Shown one piece after another: positions 26,793 through 40,204 of a DNA stretch of 64,000 nt (its first letter is position 1; each line of letters starts with the position of its first letter). Origin of the DNA: Trichinella spiralis (Eukaryota); NCBI RefSeq assembly GCF_000181795.1, contig NW_003526948.1:1806785-1870784 (forward strand). Reading direction: 5' to 3'. Made by a program: the position numbers and the translations under genes. Below the pieces are notes generated by a model. That model was not told where the DNA came from. It worked only from the letters and a program-made list of their open reading frames with translations, and did no database searches.

Positions 26793-27963
26793 TCAACAAG
26801 CTTTGCACAAGGCAACCTGCCCGGGTCGAAAGCTTCTGCATGGGCAGATACGTTGTATGTCCCGACTGGAGTCGGAAGCGCAATTCAGCAGATGTTGATT
26901 TTCTTGCAAAAAGCAGACATTCTGAGAAAATGACGGCGCATGCAAGTCGGCCACTGTAGCAAACTCTGGACACAGTGAAAAGCTAAACCCAGATGCGTGG
27001 AGATGAGAAAGAAATAAAATTTGCATATCAATACCGATTACCGAGCAATAACACTTCGAACGTTGATTAGGGAAAAGAAGGAAGGTTCGCAGAAGAAACC
27101 TGAAATCCAAATGACAAGAAACAAATGACGACAACACCGATTCGATTACCATGCTTCGAACATGTATCTGAACACGAAGCGCCGGATTCACCGACGTAAA
27201 TTCTCAACTGGGATATGTTCAGAGGTAGGTGATCGGGTTCGCAAAAATCCTGATGCAGAAAGTAGTAGGCCACACGTTCCAACATCCCTTCGGCAGTGAA
27301 TTCCCACGGTACGTGAGGTTCAAACTTGAAAGAAGAAAAAAAACCCAACCAAACGTACAAATCAAAATGGAAATTTTGCACACTATTCGTGCTACCTCTG
27401 CTTGCAAAGCCTGCTTGACAGCCGCTCTCAATGCTGGCCGATCGCTGATGTCGACCGTAAAAACGTACGGCTCACCGATGTAATCTTCCATGTATGAATT
27501 TTGGCTTTTCAACTAAACATGAATAGATAATTTAGAAAAAAAACAAATTAATAACAATCTTTATCTCTTTATACAACGCTACACATGTTGGTCAGTATTA
27601 CTTGTCTGAGTGTTGGCTTTTTTGCAAAAAAAGTCTCGTTCAGTCGACTTCTTGGCGCAGAAAATTTCGGATTTATAAATACCAAGCCATTTGCCACAGC
27701 TTCAAGCGGTGCCGGACCTTCGTATGGAAAACCAAGACCAAGAAAAATCTGAAAAATAACAACAGTAATAGAAAAAAGGAAAAAAAACATTTCACAAACT
27801 TTCGCTTCGCGATTGAGTAGATTAAACCGGCCACTGTCCAAAACCCCATGATTAACAACATACGAGGGTAATAAATGCTGGTCATCTGGATTAACAGTAG
27901 CGTGAATTTCGACAAGATCTTTAATGGAATCCAAAATTTTGGTGAAATCCTATACAAGAAAGC

Positions 27964-27994
<31 letters not shown>

Positions 27995-29978
27995 ATCGCA
28001 TTATTGAAAATTATGCAATTCACTTACGTTCCAATATGCATTCTTGCCATATAATAAGGTAATATTTTTCCTTTCAACTCGCGGCTTAACATCTTTCTGA
28101 CGTTTGACCACAAAGCCAAGAAAAGAATTATCCGGCGAATGAGCTAGAAAATCAGCAGATGAAATAACAATCGAATGATAAAAATAAAATAAAATAAATA
28201 ATATACGGTAAAAAGTGAAAAATTGACCAAGTTTCAAACTGTGTCCACCCCAAGGATTGTCTTTACCCAATTGGGCAATGTGTGCTTTGAAATATGGAGC
28301 ATGATTGAATTGTGCTTGAGTTCCAAATGAATCCAATACCCGCAGTCGACATCTATACCATGATAATGACAATGGAATGAATAAATGGATAAAGACAATG
28401 ATATATTATAGAAACTTTTACGTATATTTGGAATAGAAGTTCGCACTGATGCGTCTGATTTGATTTATTCCGATGATGTCAGTGAAAATCAAATCCGGCT
28501 CATCACCCGTCAATGCACCGCAAAAGCTGCTTGAAGAAGAATATTGCGACAGTGTGCTGTGAAAATTGTTAAATTTAAGCATGTTGGAAAAGTGACAATT
28601 TTTCCATACCTTTTCAAAGTGCTACTTTCTGAAGAGATCAACAAACGGTGACCAAAGAAGTGCAAAGTTGTGATCAAATCGCTCCACTGGACCAGTTCAC
28701 CAAGCGGACCGCCAGTGAACGCGCTTTCACCAAATTTGAAACCGCTAGCTTTGGTCAAAAATCCCATATGGACCAAAATCTGTAAAATACGATGCTTATT
28801 ATTATTATTATTATTATCGATTTGAAAAACAGGGTAAAAATAATACTGTCAGTTGTTTTTTGGGCAACAAGTGACGACGATTCCGTTTCAACCAACTGTA
28901 AGCTTCAGACCAATCTGACCAAGTCGACGTCATCCGTTCTTTCATCCATTTGTAATTTTGAGCATTGTCGTCCATTGAAGCATGCAGATGAGAAATGTTC
29001 TGTTCCAATTGGATTTTAATAATAGTAAAGGTTTAAATTTCAATTCTGCCAAAATGAACCGCATTTACCGGCAACAGCAGTGGCCGAATATCGTCGCCTG
29101 CAAGCTGTACCTGCTGACGCCATATCAACGGACATTGTCGTTCAAGTCGGCTAAGATAAGTGAAAATGCTACACCTCGTCTCGTCCACTCCCAACTGACC
29201 ATAACAGGAATATTTCCGCCAATTGTTTTCCATCCACTGAAGCAAAATGAGAGAGAAAAAAAGCAATCATAATAATCTGTAATTTCGGTGATTAATAAAT
29301 AAAATAACAAACCATTATTTTCTCACTGCACGACGGATACAATAATTTCCAGTCTTTATTTAAAATGGACAATTTGCCCAAATATAGTATCCAATCTGTT
29401 CAATAAACGGTAAAATGTTTCCCTTTTGTAAAAATGAACCTTCCAATTTATCAAAGTTACCTTGATCCAGTGCATTTTGCTGGCGCATGATGTTGTTCAA
29501 ATCGTGATTGATCATCTCGTGCAGCACATTCACTGAACAATTTGCAGAAAAGCCGCCCAAAAGCCACGTCTCGAGTTGGTGCAACGCTGAATACAAATTT
29601 TCCAAAGCCAACGTCAACGTCGGCGGAAATGGCTTTCCCTTGGCTAACAGTGGTCTCGACTGACCCAAACCCGACGTCAATTTCCAATACAGACGCCGTT
29701 CCCCTTCGAGCCAATCGTCAACGTAACGACGACTCAGTTCGACAATCTCATTCTGCAAATAATCATATTCAACTCAATTATTATTCTATTGAACAACTTT
29801 TTGCAAACAAATAAACAAACAAAACAACAACAACCTGTAAATAATCCACCTGCATGTCGCGCTTCAAGCATTGTGGCTGATGAAATAGCACGAACCAAGT
29901 TAAAGAAGTCATCACCACCAGCGAGCATAGTTCCACACGTTTCACACGCAACAGCCAGGCAATGTACGTGCGCCACAT
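26793..29978 (-). CDS. MGAT5: Alpha-1,6-mannosylglycoprotein 6-beta-N-acetylglucosaminyltransferase V (GT18; gly-2), multi-exon
   Basis: GGPLGELVQWSDLITTL, LRVLDSFGT, HSPDNSFLGF, FLGLGFPYEGPAPLEA and terminal RICPCRSFRPGQVALCKAC. N-terminal type II TM segment. Confidence 0.95.
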
Positions 29979-32089
29979 ATTTCTCTACAATTAATTATTA
30001 ATTTCAATCGAATTATATAAATGAAATTAATAACACTATATATATATATATTGCATACTTTTACGTATAAATTACATTAAACTCACTGTAATTCAGTTTG
30101 AAATAACAAGCTATTATTAATTTTATTGTCTGCATGCTAAACAATAAATGAAAATCATATTGCAACAAACAAGCCGATGCTATATTTGAATAATCAAATG
30201 AAAAATCACCGCCGATAGTGAAAGTGAAATCGACGTTGCAAATGCTGCAATTGTGCAGTACAAATAATAGGTGCTTCAAATTTCTTCTCTGCTCAAACAT
30301 TTCATCGTACAAAGCGTCTGAAACAAGCAAGAAAAACAAAATTTATATAATAAACTAAAAATTTTCAACACTATCAATGAGCTGCTTCTTCACTGTGGCA
30401 AGATAACATTTTCCGCAAAAATTGACCCAAATAATTTAAACCTATGCTTAATTAAAAATAACCATCAACGCAATTGCTCTCATCAATATTCAATTTGTAT
30501 GATATCATAATTAATTTTCCAAGTCACGCCTTAAGTAAGCTCTGTACGATCCATTATCCCAAAATGCATCTGCGTATAGATAAATACGTGACATTTTGAT
30601 ACATTCATAATCTGATGAGTTTCTTGAAATAAATTAATTTGTTTTCTGTTTATTTTAAAACGCATAATGAGATAGATGAAAATGTTACAATTTCTGATGC
30701 TTAGCATTAATTTCTTTTTTAACATTCACACGAATATAAAAATAAAAAATCTTTAAACAGTTGTCGATGAAGAAAACAGCATAGTTTACAAATCAAATTA
30801 TTCCATTCATCAAACAGAAAAGAAATTTACAAAACCCATTTTTAAAAGTTATAATGAAATGTCGAAAAAAAATTTTTTTTAATTTCACAAACTCATAACT
30901 TCTGTTCAAAAACTTCCACTGATAATACTGCCTGATTACTTTTATTAAAATTTTGAAAATAAATCGCTAGTGCTATTTGTCGACATAAATCAATACAAAG
31001 ATAATTCGCAATTTCAACTACAATTTTGCGATGATGCCACTGCAAAGTTACACTTCATCAAATCAGGTTAAGGACTAAAGAGCAAGTTTTGCTTCAATTA
31101 ACTAAAAAAAGCTGGCAATTGATTATACACAAAAGTTACAGATTATTATACATTGTTTGATATAGAAACTGCCAAATTAAATCTATTTATTACTTACATT
31201 AATATTTTATAATAAAGTAGTAACTGTCAAGGTTAAAAATATAAAACCAGCTGCACAACTAGTCATTAAATGTGTAAAAATGAATGCAGAAAATATCTCA
31301 CCTAAGCAAATAAGAATTGAAATTAAATATTGAATAGTAAATAAAGATGAATGAAAATGTACATTTATAATCAACAATAAAAATGTGCAAAACATAACAA
31401 TCTTAATGACAGAAATCAAAATTTTGCAAAATTTATTTAACAAAAGTAATTTACCAGGTGACAGAACCTTAATAACAATAACAAATATTACTAGATAAAA
31501 TTGAATAACAAGAAAAAATACCTTACAATTGAGGTGCTTGCATTAGACCATTTCCACGGGCAAAATTACATCTGCAGTCATCTTTTATGTTTCAGCTGTT
31601 GTTCCGAATCTGCATTAGTACAAGGCTGGAGACAATCCGAATAAAGTTGTATTTGACCTAAATCTTCAATTCCGCAACATCTGCCCAAATTGACTTACAG
31701 TAACCGATTGTCTTCAAATAAAAATTTAAGCATTTATTGCTCCATTATTGTAAGAATAATGTTTTAACTATCAAAATTATATCATAAATTATTTTTATCC
31801 CAGTTCAAAACGGGGAAGAAAATATTTCATTACAAAAAATTAAGTTTAAATGTTATTGCTATACTGTATTTTGGATTTCAAATTTGTTGTTCTTACTGTA
31901 ACCTCTGTTCAATGTTATTTGAATGTGAATGCGTGTGATAATATTTTTTACTATAAATAATGCATTAGTTGTGAAAAGAGAGAAAATAATGCAGCGTCTG
32001 CTGCATAAAAATATTTAACTGTCAACAGCTCGCAAAAGCAGAAAGAGACGTGGTTTTTGGTTAGCAGTATTTTCAATATTTGAAAAATT

Positions 32090-34051
32090 ATGCACAACTG
32101 CGAAGATGTATCATTGTGGTCTGCAATTCCTTTGCATTTGGCTGCAGGATTTGAATCAGTTGGTGCTTATTCTTTGATGCAAGAGCATTTAAATCGAGGA
32201 GCTGATCCAAACCACAGGTAAAAATCATTGTTGTGATAAAGTGTTTTGGTTTCGTTGCAAAGATTAACATCGTTATGCTTTTGTTTTTGGTGTATTTTTC
32301 TTGATTTTGAATATAAATATGTGCGTGTTTGAGCAAGCAATTTTAAACGATTGAACAGTTTAGTTTAAATTGTACCACAACTTTGATAACATTCGTTGGT
32401 TGTTTTCAACGCTTGGCCTGTATTGGATTGTGAACTGTTACTGATCCAAATGTAAATTTCATAGCTCTGATTTAGAAATTCAGACGGTTTAACTCCGGTT
32501 CACATTGCCGCAGCGTGGGGCCGTTTGGACAATTTGAAGCTTTTGCTATTGAACGGTGGCGATCCGCTGATTGCAGACAACGACAGTTTCACCGCACTGG
32601 ACATGGCTATAGAAGAGCAATTTTGGCCCTGTGTGAAGTTAATTGTCTGGTGGTGTGGCATTGATCGGAGTGAACTTTCATCATTGATCCATCCAAAATT
32701 GCGTGAACAGTTCCAACTCTACGGCGAGGATCAAGTTGTTTCGCATATTTTTCCAAGTTCAAGAAGCAGTCGAAAAATTGATGAACATCTGAATGAAAAG
32801 CAGGAGCAGGAGGAGGAGGAGGAGGAGGATATTGATAAGGTATTTGAAAAATTGCTCTTGTCGTCTCCAAAATCCGCCTCACCGTCAACTGGGATTAAGC
32901 GGATCACCGGCTCTTGTACAGTACGAAAATGTGAGCCGGACCCAAAAACGTTGCAAAAGTGGAATCATAGTTTGACAGAAGCGGAAAATCGTTTGCACAG
33001 TTCAGTCGATTCGAGCGTGTTGGTCAGTTGTGAACGAATGACCAATGCCGAACTGAGAAAAGCACTGACCGAAGATGGCTATTGTGTTGGTCCGGTGACG
33101 AAGCAGAATCGAAAAATTTACATTTATAAGTTGGCGAAAAATTTGAGTGAAAAGAGACTTTCATCCGGTCAAAGTAAGCTGACTAGCTGGTGAATTTTGA
33201 ATATTTTTTTATCGTTGTTGTTTTTGGAAATTTTATTTTCTAGAATTTTCTGTTGAATTGGAAATGATGTTCAAGGGTCGACTGGATCGTGCAGAGGCGA
33301 TGAATGATATTCAATTGTTGAAAAATTATTTTGAAAAGTTTCGAAACAGCGGTACAAGGTGGCGTGAGGGCAGTTTGAAAAATTCCTTTTGCTACTTTTT
33401 GATCGATCCTACAGTGACTGACGATTTGCCGTCAAGAGCGAACAGCATGCGAGGTGAACGATGCAATATTTATTTGCACCGGTTGATTGCTTTGTCAAAA
33501 ATTTGCATCTTTTTAGAATGTGAAATTATGCAAATTTTTTGTAAATCAATATTCTACATTGGCAAGGGTAAAAAGTGTCGACCACTGCAACATTTGAAAG
33601 ATGCGGCGAAACGCAAAGATGAAAAAACTGTTGTTTAGATGATTTTAAATTTTGAAATAAATAATCTTTTTTTTTGTAGACTTGTAAAAAATTGCGGAAA
33701 ATACTTCAACTGTGGACAAGTGATCAGGGTGTGGTGTCGTTTCACGTGTGGAACAACATCACGCCGATAGAAGCTTACACGAGAGAAGCGGCGATGATTG
33801 ACGCGATAGGTGAGAAAGAATGATGTTGTTTTTTTTGTTTTTTTGATTTCATCTAAAAACAAACTATGGCTATTATGATAGGCTTGAAAAATTTGTGCAA
33901 TCGTAGACGAGGCGAATACCACGGACCGGCGTCGTTGTGGACCAGCGCCCGTCAAAGACAACTCGGAGCGTATTTGCTTGAGACGGCCGCGAAAATTTTC
34001 CTTCTCGAAGGTGAACGTTGTTTCAAACTCGCGGATGTTATGCAAAAATAA
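32090..34051 (+). CDS. ANKLE1: Ankyrin repeat, LEM and GIY-YIG nuclease protein (ANKLE1/LEM-3), multi-exon
   Basis: Ankyrin repeats PLHLAAG..LNRGADPN and DGLTPVHIAAAWGR; LEM domain MTNAELRKALTEDGYCVGPVTKQNRKIY; GIY-YIG FCYFLIDP..IFYIGKGK..RPLQHL and EAYTREAAMIDAI. Confidence 0.93.
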
Positions 34052-34347
34052 TTCTCGTTGACCAATGGAAAAGTATGCACATTGTTGGTTTTGCTTTTAA
34101 TCACAAATGTGAACAGCAACAACAATAGATATTATTGAAATGATAATGTTGGACGGCTAGACGGACGAACAGACGAATGAATAGGAATTGTAAATGCTTT
34201 CACACACACACACACACACAGTGAAGAGATCAGCAGCGACTGTTGGTAATTTTTAAAACATAAAATTAAATACGATGAAGATATACGTATGTATGTATGT
34301 ATGCTGATAAAGTTTGCAAATTGATTTGAATAAATGTTATTTTGTTA

Positions 34348-36267
34348 TCAATTGTGATCATCGGTTTGGGCAAATTCATACGTATGCTCTTGTGGAATAA
34401 GAGGCGTCGGTTGAGCTTGTTCATCATCTTCTTCTCGTTGTTGTTGTTGTTGTTGTTGTTGTTGTGCATTTCGTACAGTTTGTCGTTTATCTAGGAACAA
34501 AGAAAAAGATGGATTTATAATAATAATAATAATCAAGGGGGAGAAACAAAAAGCGCAGACTATGTCGTCGGTAATAACACCACAAAAAGGCCGTCATTCC
34601 CATGCCGGTGGCGAAGCTGGCCAACGTGAGAACAATGGCCGCGTAAGCGCTGAAAGCGGTGTTGTCCTCTTCTTCAGCAATGGAACTCTGCGCTGAACCG
34701 GCATCCGGACAAAGAAGAAAGCAATCTACATCGCCGAGTTCTGAAAACGAATATATCTATAGATATAGATATGAGAAAAGATTTTTTTGTGAAACCTGCT
34801 CGCTGTTTGGGTACAACGGTCAAATATGCCGACTGTGGTGGACTTGGTTCAAGCATGGACAACGTGATGGCGATTGGAGTTTCGGTACGGTCACCGGCGC
34901 ACGAATAGAACGGAGGGCACTGATTTGAAAAAGTACATTACAAAAGAAAAATGCCATTCCATTGTATTTCAACCAGAAATAATAATTAAATTTGAAATGT
35001 GATTTACTTTCGGTGTGTAAAGCAGTGATTCGGTGGAGACGGCCGTGCATGGGAAATATTCGCAGTGAAGTGACAAAGTTTCGTTGACTTCAATGCCCAA
35101 TTCGGACATGATGATTCGGCTTAGATCGAGGCCGATTTTTGGCGACGATGTCGGCGAATGTAACATTCGTGATAAACCACGGCCGAGCATGCTGATTGCG
35201 GGGCAACTTTACAGTATACAGTGGATGGATAAAAAATATGTTGAATTGAAAAGAGAACAAAAATAGATAAATAGATAGATGGATATATTTTACCCATGTT
35301 TCACGAAATAAATTCTCGGTACAGATTCAGACGCGTTACTGTTCACCCAACAGTTCAGCGGATAGCTGCGCAAGTCTGTGAAATTAGAGAAAAAAAAAGA
35401 GCAGGATAAGTTGTTTTTTATAAAAAAATTACAAAAGAGGAAAATTAAAATTTACTGGAACCGCGATACCAGGATGAAATCGGCTGGGCTTGGATGAACA
35501 GTGTCGAATCGACCGGCACTTCACGTTGCGATGGCCAAAGTCGAATGTCGACGTGTCCGCCGGCCATGGTCATCTGATGTTGAACGGCCTGAAAGGAAAA
35601 ATAGAATCGATTATAAATAATATGCGTGCCCTGGGTGATAAAAGTGAAGCTGTTCGGCAACCAAATTCGCCTCATCCGGCGGTATTAAACATTGCAATGT
35701 CAGCGTTTGTTTCGGGAGTAGATCGGTACGGTTGGAGTGGAAATGAAAAGCTACCTGCAAATTAGTGGAATGAAAATTTTCGAAAAAGAGAATCTCATAA
35801 ATACAAACTACCAACTTGGAATTGATATACGGTGACGTTGGTTTGGACAATTTGGTCGACGCAGACGTTGTCATATGAGCCGAGCAGACGTCTCAGGCCT
35901 GGTTCACGTTGGAATACCGTCTCGGGGCAGGGATCGGTGGAATTGGGCCCCGCCCCTGCGAGGGACATGGTCGCAATTGTCAGGGCCGCTTCCATTTCGA
36001 CCGTCAGCAGTCCGAGACGGTTGTCGACGTGGAGCAGAAGGGAAAAGTCGGCTCGGTTGCAGCGCAGTTCGACGATGCGTTTCAAAATTTCCACCGGCGA
36101 AGCGACGTGCGACGTTTTGGGGCCGTCGAGCGGTCGGTTCGCCCGGGCTCGACTCACGTTCAACAGCTTGTGCAAAGATGGCATGCGATAGGGTGGGGTT
36201 GGTTGATTCGGTTGTATACTGTAGGAGGAAGCTGACGGCGTTGTGGTTGTTACTGTTGTTGTTGACC
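34348..36267 (-). CDS. ZP-domain single-pass membrane protein, betaglycan (TGFBR3)/endoglin-like; at least 8 exons, 5' exon not resolved
   Basis: Spliced reading gives a Thr-rich stretch, ZP-N (VELRCNRADFSLLL..DPCP..DNVC..TLQC), ZP-C (YPLNCWV..YFVKHGCP..LSLHCEYFPCT..PKCPPFYSC), TM AIVLTLASFATGMGMTAFLWCYY and a short polyQ tail. Confidence 0.7.
34438..34464 (-). repeat. (CAA)9 coding polyQ tract in the cytoplasmic tail of the ZP protein
   Basis: (ttg)9 on the + strand, in frame in the last exon. Confidence 0.85.
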
Positions 36268-39200
36268 CTGAGAATCATTAGAAATATTCGAGAAAAAAAA
36301 GAAAAGAAAGAAAGAAAGAAAGAATTTAATTTTTCCAATTCAACCGCCCATAGATAAATGAAAACAATGGAAAAAAACCGGTTTGCTTTGCATAAAAGTT
36401 CACTTTGCACAAGGACAAATGCGAGAAAAAAAACCAATCGACAGGGCCGACCAAGCCTGATAATGGGACTATTGGGAACAATTTGTGCCTGCCATTCATT
36501 CGATGGGGCGAAAAAAAATTTAACGTCACCTCGTAAAAATAATAAAAATTGGAAAAAATATTTGCCAAATATTCAAAAAAAAATTATAATTATTGTTGTT
36601 GTTGTTGTTGTGAAAAAATTTTCCTGTTACTACGAGCGAATCATCTCTGCTAGTGTTGGTTGAAAATTCGACAAAATGGCGGGCCGGTGTGGACGAGAAA
36701 AGAAAAACAAAACCGGCGACGGCACCAGCGAGTCGAAATAGTTGAATAAAAACAATTAATTGAGCCGAAGAAAGATTGAAAAGTGGAAAAAGAAAACCAG
36801 ATCACAACTTTTCAAAGACTGGATGAAGAGAAAAAGAAACTAATAAATTCAACTCAACTGTATTGTCGCAGTTATTGAAGTCGGGCAAAAAGGGAGAAAA
36901 GGCAACAAAAATTCAGTTTGGATTTTTCTTCTCTCTCTCCCCTTTGTTACTTCTCAACTGACATATATGTAAAAAAAGCAGAAGAAAACTAACTCTACAA
37001 CTGAAAATCAATAAATGTAAGGAGAAAAAGAAAATTTTTTTTCTTTCTTTTTCCTTCCCCTTCAAATATCCTACTTAGAACTTCCTCCCTCGATGTTGAT
37101 GGTGGTGGAATAATTGAAATTCAAAATCAACTTTAAAAATTCACAACTAAAACGCCTGCGAAATTTCAAAAATAATTTCTCGGAAATGGAAAAAAAATTT
37201 TGAAATAAAAATTTCAAACTTTCGAGAAGAGAAAGATGGGAAAGAAAAAAAGAAGAGATGCGATCAACAACCGGAAGTGAAATTTCTGCTGTTGATCGGT
37301 TTCGAAGAAAAGAAGAAAAAAAAATAACGGACTAGCCAAGTGATGTGTTCATTTGCACTTTCGAGAAGTTGATTTTCAAGTGGAAAAAGATGAGGATAAA
37401 AATATGTACACAAACAAAATTTGAATTTTTCCTCAAAGTTTCAATTTGCACAGAGATGTTTTATGCAAATTAACAAATAGTTGTTGTATTTCTGTTTGTA
37501 AATTGATATGCATAGTGAAACGTGAAACTGGTACAATTTCACAACTGGGTCAATTAATTCAATTCAAAAAAGCAAAACAAATTGCATGTGTATATTTTTG
37601 TTGTTATGGCAATTATTATTATCCATCGCTCGTCGCTTGTTAATGAGATGATTGGGAGAAAAATAAAAGCAAATGATGTGATGATTGGTATTTAAAAAAA
37701 ACAAATTTTTCGTCGGGAAGATCGAATTGAACAACGGATGGATTTGTGCCCGGCCAACCAGTAAAATTTTTGTGCTAATGAAAAGAAAAGCTTGTTTTTT
37801 TATGTTCTGCGCATTTTTGATTTTCATTAATTCTAAATTATTCGATTAGTGGACAAATCAGTCAGTCGGTTGGACAAATAATCAAAAATGTGGAAAATGG
37901 CATGGGCAGGGCAAAAAAAAGAGAAAAACGAAACAAAAGGACGGAAGAAGAAGAAGAAGAAGAAGAAGCTCATTCACATCCGCATATAGGTGATGTCAAA
38001 TGTTCCAAAGCTGAAGCTCATCATCAAATAATTATATATTGGATTTTCTTTGCTAACAATTATCGATTGCAAAACATCTGATGACATTCGGCTAGTGGAA
38101 TTAAAACTGGCAGCTTCTGCTGATATTCTCTACACAGACAGGCTTAGAACATTCTCTCTATTTCGAGCTTTCTTCAGCAGAACAATAAATAAAATTAACA
38201 TTACTATAAAAAGTAATACATATGAGATGATTGAAAATTTAAAAAAAAAAGAAGAAGAATAAATTCAGGCTTCTCAATCTTCTTCAGAAAAAAAAGCCTA
38301 TTCACAAGCTTAACCAAATGTCAAATACAAAATTATAATCAGCTTGGATTTGAAATTTTCAATTTGCCAAAGATAAAATTTTTTTTCTTTAATTTAAATT
38401 TCGTTCGTAATAATGATTAGTCATAAATTTAATTAGCTGTAGAAAAACAAAAATACATTCTGTAAAAATAAAAGCAGGTGAAGAAGAAGAAAAAGAAGAA
38501 GAATTATTATTGAAGGGTTAGAAGTAAAATTAAAAATTAAAACTATGCCAAGGATATTTTTGAATAAGCAACGACAACAGCATTCGACGACAATAACAAC
38601 ACAATTTTTTGCCTACTTTTACCTAAATTGCGAACAAAAAAAACCATTTTCATCTTGCTGATATTATGAAAATATGCAAATTTATTTTCGTTTGAAAAGT
38701 ACCATTTTCCTAGAAAATATTTCATTTCAAAGTTTCACTTTTTGAACATGCAATTTTACGAAAAAAAAGGAGAATAAATGGATTGCAACAACGAAGATCA
38801 GTTGGAAAAATTGGAAAAAAAATCTCTCTCTCTCTCTCTCTTTGTGTCCAGTTGTGGGAAAAGCCGAACGCTATTCAACAAATAGCATCAGTCAATTTTT
38901 CTTGTTTCAATTCCCAAATTCAGAAAAATTATTGAAATGAAAAAATAAATTTAAAAAATGCTTTTTTCATTCTATAAATTTCTCATCTATGCATGGTTTA
39001 TGAATTTTATCAAAAAAAATCAAAGTTTCCAAACTTTAATCTGTGAAAAATGAAAAGAACAAAATGACCAAAGCTTATGATGATGATGATGATGAGGAGG
39101 AGGAGGAGGAGGAGAAAGATCAATTTGCAAAATAAGCACGTGATTTATTGCTATGGTAAAAGTGCACCTTTGCACAAAAGTGCCATTTTTACTAAAAATG

Positions 39201-40171
39201 AGCCTACACAAACAACGATCATTATATTACTTTTGACATTTTTGAAAAAATTTATCACTCCATCTGTCATCAGTGATGAATGTATACATATATATATATG
39301 AGAAGAAGGTTCTTTATTTGAAAATATAAAAAAATATTTCAATTATAATTAATAAATTGAAAATTATTTTTTCCAACAAAACTGATGATTTGCTTGTACA
39401 AGTTCAATCGATAAATAACAATAATCATAATGTCAATCAATCATAATTTTGTAATTTCCAAAAAAATTTATTATTAAAATTAACAACTGCCTATTTTTTT
39501 TCTTGCATAATAAATAAATTAAAAAAAATCATCTCTACTTACCAGAAATAAGCGAAGTGATGAATGGAAAGATGAATATAAAAATAGATGACAACAGCAT
39601 GGCCAGTGTTCTGTGATAGTCGAAGAAAATTTCAGTTCAACTAAAAAAGACACCACATTAATTTTTGAAAATAATAAAAAAATTATGGGTGTTGTCAATC
39701 AAGCGAAATAATAAATGCCTGCGCAAAAACAAAAGCAAAGTTCTGCTTTTCAATTACGGATGTACATGTGCATATATATATATACATAATAAGTATATGT
39801 CTCTATATATATATATATACATATATATAATAAGTATAATGCATGTTTTGATGGATATTTTTTCCAGCGCAGCCAATCCCACCACGTTCAGGAAAAACAA
39901 GAACCAATAGGAGAAAAAGAACTGAAAAATTTGCTAAAAAGTAGCCGCTAACAGAACAAGCATCTGTCTCGTATGTGAAGCATCAAATCTCCTCTGATCT
40001 GATCTGTTGAAAATAGCATGAAAACAGATAAAGACAAATCCTAATCGAATAAATAAATTATACAAGTACACACACAGGTAGAGAAAAAAATAAATAAAAA
40101 TTTGTAAATTCGCTTAAACTGATTGTGTTCACAAATTGCAGTTTGTGTTATGGCTGAAATTTCCACTGAGA

Positions 40172-40204
<33 letters not shown>

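Noticed and set aside
31450..31720. Splice-site-bounded segments between MGAT5 and ANKLE1
   Set aside because: All frames contain stops. At most these are 5'-UTR exons.
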